Below, piece by piece: positions 22,801 to 37,800 of a DNA stretch of 64,000 bases. This DNA comes from Eledone cirrhosa (lineage: Eukaryota), in the NCBI GenBank assembly GCA_964016885.1, contig OZ024756.1, forward strand, positions 2,480,001-2,544,000, in the 5' to 3' direction. Within the stretch, counting starts at the first letter, position 1, and each line of letters opens with the position of its first letter. Below the pieces are notes generated by a model that was not told the DNA's origin, ran no database searches, and saw only the letters and a program-made list of their open reading frames with translations. Both the position numbers and the translations under genes were made by a program.

Positions 22801-25800
22801 ACTGCGGTTTATATCAAGTCAGTACCACTACTACTGCAGTGTATGTCAAGTCAGTGTCACTACTACTGCAGTCCATGTCAAGTCGGTGTCACTACTACTG
22901 CAGTGCATGTCAAGTCAGTGCCACTACTAGTGCAGTGTATGTCAAGTCAGTGTCACTACTACTGCAGTGTATGTCAAGTCAGTGCCACTACTACTGCAGT
23001 GTATGTCAAGTCAATGTCACTACTACTGAAGTATATGTCAAGTCAGTGCCACTACTACTGCAGTGCATGTCAAGTCAGTGCCACTACTAGTGCAGTGTAT
23101 GTCAAGTCAGTGTCACTACTACTGCAGTGTATGTCAAGTCAGTGCCACTACTACTGCAGTGTATGTCAAGTCAATGTCACTACAACTGCAGTGCATGTCA
23201 AGTCAGTGTCACTACTACTGCAGTGTATGTCAAGTCAGTGTCACTACTACTGCAGTGTATGTTAAGTCAGTGCCACTACTACTGCAGTGCATGTCAAGTC
23301 AGTGCCACTACTACTGCAGTGTATGTCAAGTCAGTGCCACTACTACTGCAGTGCATGTCAAGTCAGTGTCACTACAACTGCAGTGTATGTCAAGTCAGTG
23401 CCACTACTACTGCAGTGTATGTTAAGTCAGTGTCACTACTACTGCAGTGTATGTCAAGTCAGTGTCACTACAACTGCAGAGCATGTCAAGTCAGTGTCAC
23501 TGCTACTGCAGTGTATGTCAAGTCAGTACCACTACTACTGCAGTGTATGTCAAGTCAGTGTCACTACTACTGCAGTGTTTGTCAAGTCAGTGCCACTACT
23601 ACTGCAGTGTATGTCAAGTCAGTGTCACTACTACTGAAGTGTATGTCAAGTCAGTGTCACTACTACTGCAGTGTATGTCAAGTCAGTGTCACTACTACTG
23701 CAGTGTATGTCAAGTCAGTGTCACTACTACTGCAGTGTATGTCAAGTCAGTGTCACTACTACTGCAGTGTCTGTCAAGTCAGTACCACTACTACTGAAGT
23801 GTATTTTTAAGTCGGTGTCACTACTACTGCATTGTATGTCAAGCCTGTGTCACTACTATTGCAGTGTATGTCTAGTCAGTACCACTACTACTGAATTGTA
23901 TGTCAAGTCGGTGTCACTACTACTGCAGTCCATGTCAAGTCGGTGTCACTACTACTGCAGTGTATGTCAAGTCAATGCCAGTACTACTGAAGTGTATGTC
24001 AAGTCAGTGTCACTACTACTGAAGTGTATGTCAAGTCAGTAACACTACTACTGCAGTGTATGTCAAGTCAGTGTCACTACTACTGCAGTGCATGTCAAGT
24101 CGGTGACACTACTACTGAAGTGTATGTCAAGTCGGTGTCACTACTACTGCAGTCCATGTCAAGTCGGTGTCACTACTACTGCAGTGTATGTCAAGTCGGT
24201 GTCACTACTACTGCAGTCCATGTCAAGTCGGTAATACTACTACTGCAGTGTATGTCAAGTCGGTGGCACTACTACTGCAGTCCATGTCAAGTCGGTGTCA
24301 CTACTACTGCAGTGTATGTCAAGTCACTGTCACTACTACTGCAGTGTATGTCAAGTCAGTGTCACTACTACTGCAGTGTATGTCAAGTCAGTGTCACTAC
24401 TACTGCAGTCCATGTCAAGTCGGTGTCACTACTACTGCAGTGTATGTCAAATCAGTGTCACTACTACTGCAGTGTATTTCAAGTCAGTGTGACTACTACT
24501 GAAGTGTATGTCAAGTCAGTGTCACTACTACTGCAGTGCATGTCAAGTCAGTGCCACTACTACTGCAGTGTATGTCAAGTCAGTGTCACTACTACTGCAG
24601 TTATATGTCAAGTCAGTGTCACTACTACTGCAGTGTATGTCAAGTCAGTGTCACTACTACTGCAGTGTATGTCAAGTCAGTGTCACTACTACTGCAGTGC
24701 ATGTCAATCAGTGCCACTACTACTGCAGTACATGTCAAGTCAGTGTCACTACTACTGAAGTATATGTCAAGTCAGTGTCACTACTACTGCAGTGTATGTC
24801 AAGTCAGTGCCACTACTACTGCAGTGTATGTCAAGTCAGTACCACTACTACTGCAGTGTATGTCAAGTCAGTGTCACTACTACTGCAGTGTATGTCAAGT
24901 CAGTGTCACTACTACTGCAGTGTATGTCAAGTCAGTGTCACTACTACTGAAGTGTATGTCAAGTCAGTGTCACTACTACTGCAGTGTATGTCAAGTCAGT
25001 GTCACTACTACTGCAGTGTATGTCAAGTCAGTGTCACTACTACTGCAGTGTATGTCAAGTCAGTGTCACTACTACTGCAGTGTATGTCAAGTCAGTACCA
25101 CTACTACTGAAGTGTATTTTTAAGTCGGTGTCACTACTACTGCAGTGTATGTCAAGTCTGTGTCACTACTATTGCAGTGTATGTCTAGTCAGTACCACTA
25201 CTACTGAATTGTATGTCAAGTCGGTATCACTACTACTGCAGTCCATGTCAAGTCGGTGTCACTACTACTGCAGTGTATGTCAAGTCAGTGCCACTACTAC
25301 TGCAGTGTATGTCAAGTCAGTGTCACTACTACTGAAGTGTATGTCAAGTCAGCGTCACTACTACTGAAGTGTATGTCAAGTCAGTAACACTACTACTGTA
25401 GTGTATGTCAAGTCAGTGTCACTACTACTGCAGTGCATGTCAAGTCGGTGTCACTACTACTGCAGTACATGTCAAGTCAGCGTCACTACTACTGAAGTGT
25501 ATGTCAAGTCAGTGTCACTACTACTGCAGTGTATGTCAAGTCAGTGCCACTACTACTGCAGTGTATGTCAAGTCAATGTCACTACAACTGCAGTGCATGT
25601 CAAGTCAGTGTCACTACTACTGCAGTGTATGTCAAGTCAGTGTCACTACTACTGCAGTGTATGTTAAGTCAGTGCCACTACTACTGCAGTGCATGTCAAG
25701 TCATTGCCACTACTACTGCAGTGCATGTCAAGTCAGTGTCACTACAACTGCAGTGTATGTCAAGTCAGTGCCACTACTACTGCAGTGTATGTTAAGTCAG

Positions 25801-28800
25801 TGTCACTACTACTGCAGTGTATGTCAAGTCAGTGTCACTACAACTGCAGAGCATGTCAAGTCAGTGTCACTGCTACTGCAGTGTATGTCAAGTCAGTACC
25901 ACTACTACTGCAGTGTATGTCAAGTCAGTGTCACTACTACTGCAGTGTATGTCAAGTCAGTGCCACTACTACTGCAGTGTATGTCAAGTCAGTGTCACTA
26001 CTACTGAAGTGTATGTCAAGACAGTGTCACTACTACTGCAGTGTATGTGAAGTCAGTGTCACTACTACTGCAGTGTATGTCAAGTCAGTGTCACTACTAC
26101 TGCAGTGTATGTCAAGTCAGTGTCACTACTACTGCAGTGTATGTCAAGTCAGTACCACTACTACTGAAGTGTATTTTTAAGTCGGTGTCACTACTACTGC
26201 AGTGTATGTTAAGTCAGTGCCACTACTACTGCAGTGCATGTCAAGTCAGTGCCACTACTACTGCAGTGTATGTCAAGTCATTGCCACTACTACTGCAGTG
26301 CATGTCAAGTCAGTGTCACTACAACTGCAGTGTATGTCAAGTCGGTGTCACTACTACTGCAGTACATGTCAAGTCAGCGTCACTACTACTGAAGTGTATG
26401 TCAAGTCAGTGTCACTACTACTGCAGTGTATGTCAAGTCAGTGCCACTACTACTGCAGTGCATGTCAAGTCAGTGTCACTACTACTGCAGTGCATGTCAA
26501 GTCAGTGCCACTACTACTGCAGTGTATGTCAAGTCAGTGTCACTACTACTGCAGTGTATGTCAAGTCAGTGTCACTACTACTGAAGTGTATGTCAAGTCA
26601 GTGTCACTACTACTGAAGTGTATGTCAAGTCAGTGTCACTACTACTGCAGTGTATGTCAAGTCAGTGTCACTACTACTGCAGTGTATGTCAAGTCAGTGT
26701 CACTACTACTGCAGTGTATGTCAAGTCAGTGTCACTACTACTGCAGTGTATGTCAAATCAGTGTCACTACTACTGCAGTGTATGTCAAGTCAGTGTCACT
26801 ACTACTGCAGTGTATGTCAAGTCAGTGTCACTACTACTGCAGTGCATGTCAAGTCAGTGTCACTACTACTGAAGTGTATGTCAAGTCGGTGTCACTACTA
26901 CTGCAGTGTATGTCAAGTCAGTCTCACTACTACTGCAGTGTATGTCAAGTCAGTGTCACTACTATTGCAGTGTATGTCAAGTCAGTGTCACCACTACTGC
27001 AGTGTATGTCAAGTCAGTGCCACTACTACTGCAGTGTATGTCAAGTCAGTGTCAGTACTACTGCAGTGCATGTCAAGTCAGTGTCACTACTGCTGCAGTG
27101 TATGTCAAGTCAGTGTCACTAATACTGCAGTGTATGTCAAGTCGGTGTCATTATTACTGAAGTGTATCTCAAGTCAGTGTCACTACTACTGCAGTGTATG
27201 TCAAGTCAGTGTCACTACTACTGCAGTGTATGTCAAGTCAGTGTCACTACTACTGCAGTGTATGTCAAGTCAGTGTCACTACTACTGAAGTGTATGTCAA
27301 GTCAGTGTCACTACTACTGCAGTGTATGTCAAGTCAGTGTCACTACTACTGCAGTGTATGTCAAGTCGGTGTCACTACTACTGCAGTGTATGTCAAATCA
27401 GTACCACTACTACTGCAGTGTATGTCAAGTCAGTGTCACTACTACTGCAGTGTATGTCAAGTCAATGTCACTACTACTGCAGTGTATGTCAAGTCAGTGC
27501 CACTACTACTGCAGTGTATGTCAAGTCAGTGTCACTACTACTGCAGTGTATATCAAGTCAGTACCACTATTACTGCAGTGTATGTCAAGTCAGTGTCACT
27601 ACTACTGCAGTGTATGTCAAGTCAGTGCCACTACTACTGCAGTGTATGTCAAGTCGGTGTCACTACTACTGCAGTCCATGTCAAGTCGGTGTCACTACTA
27701 CTGCAGTGCATGTCAAGTCAGTGCCACTACTACTGCAGTGTATGTCAAGTCGGTGTCACTACTACTGCAGTGTATGTCAAATCAGTACCACTACTACTGC
27801 AGTGTATGTCAAGTCAGTGTCACTACTACTGCAGTGTATGTCAAGTCAATGTCACTACTACTGCAGTGTATGTCAAGTCAGTGCCACTACTACTGCAGTG
27901 TATGTCAAGTCAGTGTCACTACTACTGCAGTGTATATCAAGTCAGTACCACTATTACTGCAGTGTATGTCAAGTCAGTGTCACTACTACTGCAGTGTATG
28001 TCAAGTCAGTGCCACTACTACTGCAGTGTATGTCAAGTCGGTGTCACTACTACTGCAGTCCATGTCAAGTCGGTGTCACTACTACTGCAGTGCATGTCAA
28101 GTCAGTGCCACTACTACTGCAGTGTATGTCAAGTCAGTGTCACTACTACTGCAGTGCATGTCAAGTCAGTGTCACTACTACTGCAGTGTATGTCAAGTCA
28201 GTGTCACTACTACTGAAGTGTATGTCAAGTCAGTGCCACTACTACTGCAGTTTATGTCAAGTCAGTACCACTACTACTGCAGTGTATGTCAAGTCAGTGT
28301 CACCACTACTGCAGTGTATGTCAAGTCAGTGCCACTACTACTGCAATGTATGTCAAGTCAGTGTCACTACTACTGCCGTGCATGTCAAGTCAGTGTCACT
28401 ACTACTGCAGTGTATGTCAAGTGAGTGTCACTGCTACTGCAGTGCATGTGAAGTCAGTGTCACTACTACTGAAGTGTATGTCAAGTCAGTGTCACTACTA
28501 CTGAAGTGTATGTCAAGTCAGTGTCACTACTACTGCAGTGTATGTCAAGTCAGTGCCACTACTACTGCAGTGTATGTCAAGTCGGTGTCACTACTACTGC
28601 AGTGTATGTCAAGTCAGTACCACTACTACTGCAGTGTATGTCAAGTCAGTGTCACTACTACTGCAGTGTATGTCAAGTCAGTGTCACTACTACTGCAGTG
28701 CATGTCAAGTCAGTGTCACTACTACTGCAGTGTAGGTCAAGTCAGTGTCACTACTACTGCAGTGTATGTCAAGTCAGTGTCACTACTACTGCAGTGTATG

Positions 28801-31800
28801 TCAAGTCAGTGTCACTACTACTGCAGTGTATGTCAAGTCAGTGTCACTACTACTGAAGTGTATGTCAAGTCAGTGTCACTACTACTGCAGTGTATGTCAA
28901 GTCAGTGTCACTACTACTGGAGTGTATGTCAAGTCTGTGTCACTACTACTGCAGTGTATGTCAAGTCAGTACCACTACTACTGCAGTGTATGTGAAGTCA
29001 GTACCACTACTACTGCAGTGTATGTCAAGTCAGTGTCACTACTACTGCAGTGTATGTCAAGTCAGTGCCACTACTACTGCAGTGTATGTCAAGTCAGTGT
29101 CACTACTACTGCAGTGTATGTCAAGTCAGTACCACTACTACTGCAGTGTATGTCAAGTCAGTGTCACTACTACTGCAGTGTATGTCAAATCAGTGCCACT
29201 ACTACTGCAGTGTATGTCAAGTCGGTGTCACTACTACTGCAGTCCATGTCAAGTCAGTGTCACTACTACTGCAGTGTATGTCAAGTCAGTGTCACTACTA
29301 CTGCAGTGTATGTCAAGTCAGTACCACTACTACTGCAGTGTATGTCAAGTCAGTGTCACTACTACTGAAGTGTATGTGAAGTCAGTGTCACTACTACTGC
29401 AGTGTATGTCAAGTCAGTGTCACTACTACTGCAGTGTATGTCAAGTCAGTATCACTACTACTGCAGTGTATGTCAAGTCAGTGTCACTACTACTGCAGTG
29501 TATGTCAAGTCAGTGTCACCACTACTGCAGTGTATGTCAAGTCAATGCCACTACTACTGCAGTGTATGTCAAGTCAGTGTCAGTACTACTGCAGTGCATG
29601 TCAAGTCAGTGTCACTACTGCTGCAGTGTATGTCAAGTCAGTGTCACTAATACTGCAGTGTATGTCAAGTCAGTGTCATTACTACTGCAGTGTATCTCAA
29701 TTCAGTGTCACTACTACTGCAGTGTATGTCAAGTCAGTGTCACTACTACTGCAGGTCAAGTCAGTGTCACTACTACTGCAGTGTATGTCAAGTCAGTGTC
29801 ACTACTACTGCAGTGTATGTCAAGTCGGTGTCACTACTACTGCAGTGAATGTCAAGTCAGTGTCACTACTACTGCAGTGTATGTCAAGTCAGTGCCACTA
29901 CTACTGCAGTGTATGTCAAGTCAGTGTCACTACTACTGCAGTGTATGTCAAGTCAGTACCACTATTACTGCAGTGTATGTCAAGTCGGTGTCACTACTAC
30001 TGCAGTGTATGTCAAGTCAGTGCCACTACTACTGCAGTGTATGTCAAGTCGGTGTCACTACTACTGCAGTCCATGTCAAGTCGGTGTCACTACTACTGAA
30101 GTGTATGTCAAGTCAGTGCCACTACTACTGCAGTGTATGTCAAGTCAGTGTCACTACTACTGCAGTGCATGTCAAGTCAGTGTCACTACTACTGCAGTGT
30201 ATGTCAAGTCAGTCTCACTACTACTGAAGTGTATGTCAAGTCAGTACCACTACTACTGCAGTTTATATCAAGTCAGTACCACTACTACTGCAGTGTATGT
30301 CAAGTCAGTGTCACCACTACTGTAGAGTATGTCAAGTCAGTGCCACTACTACTGCAGTGTATGTCAAGTCGGTGTCACTACTACTGCAGTCCATGTCAAG
30401 TCAGTGTCACTACTACTGCAGTGTATGTCAAGTCAGTGTCACTACTACTGAAGTGTATGTCAAGTCAGTGCCACTACTACTGCAGTGTATGTCAAGTCAG
30501 TACCACTACTACTGCAGTGTATGTCAAGTCAGTGTCACTACTACTGCAGTGTATGTCAAGTCAGTGTCACTACTACTGCAGTGCATGTCAATCAGTGCCA
30601 CTACTACTGCAGTACATGTCAAGTCAGTGTCACTACTACTGAAGTATATGTCAAGTCAGTGTCACTACTACTGCAGTGTATGTCAAGTCAGTGCCACTAC
30701 TACTGCAGTGTATGTCAAGTCAGTACCACTACTACTGCAGTGTATGTCAAGTCAGTGTCACTACTACTGCAGTGTATGTCAAGTCAGTGTCACTACTACT
30801 GCAGTGTATGTCAAGTCAGTGTCACTACTACTGAAGTGTATGTCAAGTCAGTGTCACTACTACTGCAGTGTATGTCAAGTCAGTGTCACTACTACTGCAG
30901 TGTATGTCAAGTCAGTGTCACTACTACTGCAGTGTATGTCAAGTCAGTGTCACTACTACTGCAGTGTATGTCAAGTCAGTACCACTACTACTGAAGTGTA
31001 TTTTTAAGTCGGTGTCACTACTACTGCAGTGTATGTCAAGTCTGTGTCACTACTATTGCAGTGTATGTCTAGTCAGTACCACTACTACTGAATTGTATGT
31101 CAAGTCGGTATCACTACTACTGCAGTCCATGTCAAGTCGGTGTCACTACTACTGCAGTGTATGTCAAGTCAGTGCCACTACTACTGCAGTGTATGTCAAG
31201 TCAGTGTCACTACTACTGAAGTGTATGTCAAGTCAGCGTCACTACTACTGAAGTGTATGTCAAGTCAGTAACACTACTACTGTAGTGTATGTCAAGTCAG
31301 TGTCACTACTACTGCAGTGCATGTCAAGTCGGTGTCACTACTACTGCAGTACATGTCAAGTCAGCGTCACTACTACTGCAGTGTATGTCAAGTCAGTGTC
31401 ACTACTACTGCAGTGTATGTCAAGTCAGTGCCACTACTACTGCAGTGTATGTCAAGTCAATGTCACTACAACTGCAGTGCATGTCAAGTCAGTGTCACTA
31501 CTACTGCAGTGTATGTCAAGTCAGTGTCACTACTACTGCAGTGTATGTTAAGTCAGTGCCACTACTACTGCAGTGCATGTCAAGTCAGTGCCACTACTAC
31601 TGCAGTGTATGTCAAGTCATTGCCACTACTACTGCAGTGCATGTCAAGTCAGTGTCACTACAACTGCAGTGTATGTCAAGTCAGTGCCACTACTACTGCA
31701 GTGTATGTTAAGTCAGTGTCACTACTACTGCAGTGTATGTCAAGTCAGTGTCACTACAACTGCAGAGCATGTCAAGTCAGTGTCACTGCTACTGCAGTGT

Positions 31801-34800
31801 ATGTCAAGTCAGTACCACTACTACTGCAGTGTATGTCAAGTCAGTGTCACTACTACTGCAGTGTATGTCAAGTCAGTGCCACTACTACTGCAGTGTATGT
31901 CAAGTCAGTGTCACTACTACTGAAGTGTATGTCAAGACAGTGTCACTACTACTGCAGTGTATGTGAAGTCAGTGTCACTACTACTGCAGTGTATGTCAAG
32001 TCAGTGTCACTACTACTGCAGTGTATGTCAAGTCAGTGTCACTACTACTGCAGTGTATGTCAAGTCAGTACCACTACTACTGAAGTGTATTTTTAAGTCG
32101 GTGTCACTACTACTGCAGTGTATGTTAAGTCAGTGCCACTACTACTGCAGTGCATGTCAAGTCAGTGCCACTACTACTGCAGTGTATGTCAAGTCATTGC
32201 CACTACTACTGCAGTGCATGTCAAGTCAGTGTCACTACAACTGCAGTGTATGTCAAGTCGGTGTCACTACTACTGCAGTACATGTCAAGTCAGCGTCACT
32301 ACTACTGAAGTGTATGTCAAGTCAGTGTCACTACTACTGCAGTGTATGTCAAGTCAGTGCCACTACTACTGCAGTGCATGTCAAGTCAGTGTCACTACTA
32401 CTGCAGTGCATGTCAAGTCAGTGCCACTACTACTGCAGTGTATGTCAAGTCAGTGTCACTACTACTGCCGTGTATGTCAAGTCAGTGTCACTACTACTGA
32501 AGTGTATGTCAAGTCAGTGTCACTACTACTGAAGTGTATGTCAAGTCAGTGTCACTACTACTGCAGTGTATGTCAAGTCAGTGTCACTACTACTGCAGTG
32601 TATGTCAAGTCAGTGTCACTACTACTGCAGTGTATGTCAAGTCAGTGTCACTACTACTGCAGTGTATGTCAAATCAGTGTCACTACTACTGCAGTGTATG
32701 TCAAGTCAGTGTCACTACTACTGCAGTGTATGTCAAGTCAGTGTCACTACTACTGCAGTGCATGTCAAGTCAGTGTCACTACTACTGAAGTGTATGTCAA
32801 GTCGGTGTCACTACTACTGCAGTGTATGTCAAGTCAGTCTCACTACTACTGCAGTGTATGTCAAGTCAGTGTCACTACTACTGCAGTGTATGTCAAGTCA
32901 GTGTCACCACTACTGCAGTGTATGTCAAGTCAGTGCCACTACTACTGCAGTGTATGTCAAGTCAGTGTCAGTACTACTGCAGTGCATGTCAAGTCAGTGT
33001 CACTACTGCTGCAGTGTATGTCAAGTCAGTGTCACTAATACTGCAGTGTATGTCAAGTCGGTGTCATTACTACTGAAGTGTATCTCAAGTCAGTGTCACT
33101 ACTACTGCAGTGTATGTCAAGTCAGTGTCACTACTACTGCAGTGTATGTCAAGTCAGTGTCACTACTACTGCAGTGTATGTCAAGTCAGTGTCACTACTA
33201 CTGAAGTGTATGTCAAGTCAGTGTCACTACTACTGCAGTGTATGTCAAGTCAGTGTCACTACTACTGCAGTGTATGTCAAGTCGGTGTCACTACTACTGC
33301 AGTGTATGTCAAATCAGTACCACTACTACTGCAGTGTATGTCAAGTCAGTGTCACTACTACTGCAGTGTATGTCAAGTCAGTGTCACTACTACTGCAGTG
33401 TATGTCAAGTCAGTGCCACTACTACTGCAGTGTATGTCAAGTCAGTGTCACTACTACTGCAGTGTATATCAAGTCAGTACCACTATTACTGCAGTGTATG
33501 TCAAGTCAGTGTCACTACTACTGCAGTGTATGTCAAGTCAGTGCCACTACTACTGCAGTGTATGTCAAGTCGGTGTCACTACTACTGCAGTCCATGTCAA
33601 GTCGGTGTCACTACTACTGCAGTGCATGTCAAGTCAGTGTCACTACTACTGAAGTGTATGTCAAGTCAGTGCCACTACTACTGCAGTGTATGTCAAGTCA
33701 GTGTCACTACTACTGCAGTGCATGTCAAGTCAGTGTCACTACTACTGCAGTGTATGTCAAGTCAGTGTCACTACTACTGAAGTGTATGTCAAGTCAGTGC
33801 CACTACTACTGCAGTTTATGTCAAGTCAGTACCACTACTACTGCAGTGTATGTCAAGTCAGTGTCACCACTACTGCAGTGTATGTCAAGTCAGTGCCACT
33901 ACTACTGCAATGTATGTCAAGTCAGTGTCACTACTACTGCCGTGCATGTCAAGTCAGTGTCACTACTACTGCAGTGTATGTCAAGTGAGTGTCACTGCTA
34001 CTGCAGTGCATGTGAAGTCAGTGTCACTACTACTGAAGTGTATGTCAAGTCAGTGTCACTACTACTGAAGTGTATGTCAAGTCAGTGTCACTACTACTGC
34101 AGTGTATGTCAAGTCAGTGCCACTACTACTGCAGTGTATGTCAAGTCGGTGTCACTACTACTGCAGTGTATGTCAAGTCAGTACCACTACTACTGCAGTG
34201 TATGTCAAGTCAGTGTCACTACTACTGCAGTGTATGTCAAGTCAGTGTCACTACTACTGCAGTGCATGTCAAGTCAGTGTCACTACTACTGCAGTGTATG
34301 TCAAGTCAGTGTCACTACTACTGCAGTGTATGTCAAGTCAGTGTCACTACTACTGCAGTGTATGTCAAGTCAGTGTCACTACTACTGCAGTGTATGTCAA
34401 GTCAGTGTCACTACTACTGAAGTGTATGTCAAGTCAGTGTCACTACTACTGCAGTGTATGTCAAGTCAGTGTCACTACTACTGGAGTGTATGTCAAGTCT
34501 GTGTCACTACTACTGCAGTGTATGTCAAGTCAGTACCACTACTACTGCAGTGTATGTGAAGTCAGTACCACTACTACTGCAGTGTATGTCAAGTCAGTGT
34601 CACTACTACTGCAGTGTATGTCAAGTCAGTGCCACTACTACTGCAGTGTATGTCAAGTCAGTGTCACTACTACTGCAGTGTATGTCAAGTCAGTACCACT
34701 ACTACTGCAGTGTATGTCAAGTCAGTGTCACTACTACTGCAGTGTATGTCAAGTCAGTGCCACTACTACTGCAGTGTATGTCAAGTCGGTGTCACTACTA

Positions 34801-37800
34801 CTGCAGTCCATGTCAAGTCAGTGTCACTACTACTGCAGTGTATGTCAAGTCAGTGTCACTACTACTGCAGTGTATGTCAAGTCAGTACCACTACTACTGC
34901 AGTGTATGTCAAGTCAGTGTCACTACTACTGAAGTGTATGTGAAGTCAGTGTCACTACTACTGCAGTGTATGTCAAGTCAGTGTCACTACTACTGCAGTG
35001 TATGTCAAGTCAGTATCACTACTACTGCAGTGTATGTCAAGTCAGTGTCACTACTACTGCAGTGTATGTCAAGTCAGTGTCACCACTACTGCAGTGTATG
35101 TCAAGTCAATGCCACTACTACTGCAGTGTATGTCAAGTCAGTGTCAGTACTACTGCAGTGCATGTCAAGTCAGTGTCACTACTGCTGCAGTGTATGTCAA
35201 GTCAGTGTCACTACTACTGCAGTGTATGTCAAGTCGGTGTCACTACTACTGCAGTGTATGTCAAGTCAGTACCACTACTACTGCAGTGTATGTCAAGTCA
35301 GTGTCACTACTACTGCAGTGTATGTCAAGTCAGTGTCACTACTACTGCAGTGTATGTCAAGTCGGTGTCACTACTACTGCAGTGTATGTCAAGTCAGTAC
35401 CACTACTACTGCAGTGTATGTCAAGTCAGTGTCACTACTACTGCAGTGTATGTCAAGTCAGTGTCACTACTACTGCAGTGTATGTCAAGTCAGTGCCACT
35501 ACTACTGCAGTGTATGTCAAGTCAGTGTCACTACTACTGCAGTGTATGTCAAGTCAGTACCACTATTACTGCAGTGTATGTCAAGTCGGTGTCACTACTA
35601 CTGCAGTGTATGTCAAGTCAGTGCCACTACTACTGCAGTGTATGTCAAGTCGGTGTCACTACTACTGCAGTCCATGTCAAGTCGGTGTCACTACTACTGA
35701 AGTGTATGTCAAGTCAGTGCCACTACTACTGCAGTGTATGTCAAGTCAGTGTCACTACTACTGCAGTGCATGTCAAGTCAGTGTCACTACTACTGCAGTG
35801 TATGTCAAGTCAGTCTCACTACTACTGAAGTGTATGTCAAGTCAGTACCACTACTACTGCAGTTTATATCAAGTCAGTACCACTACTACTGCAGTGTATG
35901 TCAAGTCAGTGTCACCACTACTGTAGAGTATGTCAAGTCAGTGCCACTACTACTGCAGTGTATGTCAAGTCGGTGTCACTACTACTGCAGTCCATGTCAA
36001 GTCAGTGTCACTACTACTGCAGTGTATGTCAAGTCAGTGTCACTACTACTGAAGTGTATGTCAAGTCAGTGTCACCACTACTGCAGTGTATGTCAAGTCA
36101 GTGCCACTACTACTGCAGTGTATGTCATGTCAGTGTCACTACTACTGCAGTGCATGTCAAGTCAGTGTCACTACTACTGCAGTGTATGTCAAGTCAGTGT
36201 CACTAATACTGCAGTGTATGTCAAGTCAGTGTCATTACTACTGCAGTGTATCTCAATTCAGTGTCACTACTACTGCAGTGTATGTCAAGTCAGTGTCACT
36301 ACTACTGCATGTCAAGTCAGTGTCACTACTACTGCAGTGTATGTCAAGTCAGTGTCACTACTACTGCAGTGTATGTCAAGTCGGTGTCACTACTACTGCA
36401 GTGTATGTCAAGTCAGTACCACTACTACTGCAGTGTATGTCAAGTCAGTGTCACTACTACTGCAGTGTATGTCAAGTCAGTGTCACTACTACTGCAGTGT
36501 ATGTCAAGTCAGTGCCACTACTACTGCAGTGTATGTCAAGTCAGTGTCACTACTACTGCAGTGTATGTCAAGTCAGTACCACTATTACTGCAGTGTATGT
36601 CAAGTCGGTGTCACTACTACTGCAGTGTATGTCAAGTCAGTGCCACTACTACTGCAGTGTATGTCAAGTCGGTGTCACTACTACTGCAGTCCATGTCAAG
36701 TCGGTGTCACTACTACTGAAGTGTATGTCAAGTCAGTGCCACTACTACTGCAGTGTATGTCAAGTCAGTGTCACTACTACTGCAGTGCATGTCAAGTCAG
36801 TGTCACTACTACTGCAGTGTATGTCAAGTCAGTCTCACTACTACTGAAGTGTATGTCAAGTCAGTACCACTACTACTGCAGTTTATATCAAGTCAGTACC
36901 ACTACTACTGCAGTGTATGTCAAGTCAGTGTCACCACTACTGTAGAGTATGTCAAGTCAGTGCCACTACTACTGCAGTGTATGTCAAGTCGGTGTCACTA
37001 CTACTGCAGTCCATGTCAAGTCAGTGTCACTACTACTGCAGTGTATGTCAAGTCAGTGTCACTACTACTGAAGTGTATGTCAAGTCAGTGCCACTACTAC
37101 TGCAGTGTATGTCAAGTCAGTACCACTACTACTGCAGTGTATGTCAAGTCAGTGTCACCACTACTGCAGTGTATGTCAAGTCAGTGCCACTACTACTGCA
37201 GTGTATGTCATGTCAGTGTCACTACTACTGCAGTGCATGTCAAGTCAGTGTCACTACTACTGCAGTGTATGTCAAGTCAGTGTCACTACTACTGCAGTGT
37301 ATGTCAAGTCAGTGTCACTACTACTGAAGTGTATGTCAAGTCAGTGTCACTACTACTGCAGTGCATGTCAAGTCAGTGTCACTACTACTGAAGTGTATGT
37401 CAAGTCAGTGTCACTACTACTGAAGTGTATGTCAAGTCAGTGTCACTACTACTGCAGTGTATGTCAAGTCAGTGTCACTACTACTGCAGTGTATGTCAAG
37501 TCAGTGTCACTACTACTGCAGTGTATGTCAAGTCAGTGTCACTACTACTGCAGTGTATGTCAAATCAGTGTCACTACTACTGCAGTGTATGTCAAGTCAG
37601 TGTCACTACTACTGCAGTGTATGTCAAGTCAGTGTCACTACTACTGCAGTGCATGTCAAGTCAGTGTCACTACTACTGAAGTGTATGTCAAGTCGGTGTC
37701 ACTACTACTGCAGTGTATGTCAAGTCAGTCTCACTATTACTGCAGTGTATGTCAAGTCAGTGTCACTACTACTGCAGTGTATGTCAAGTCAGTGTCACCA

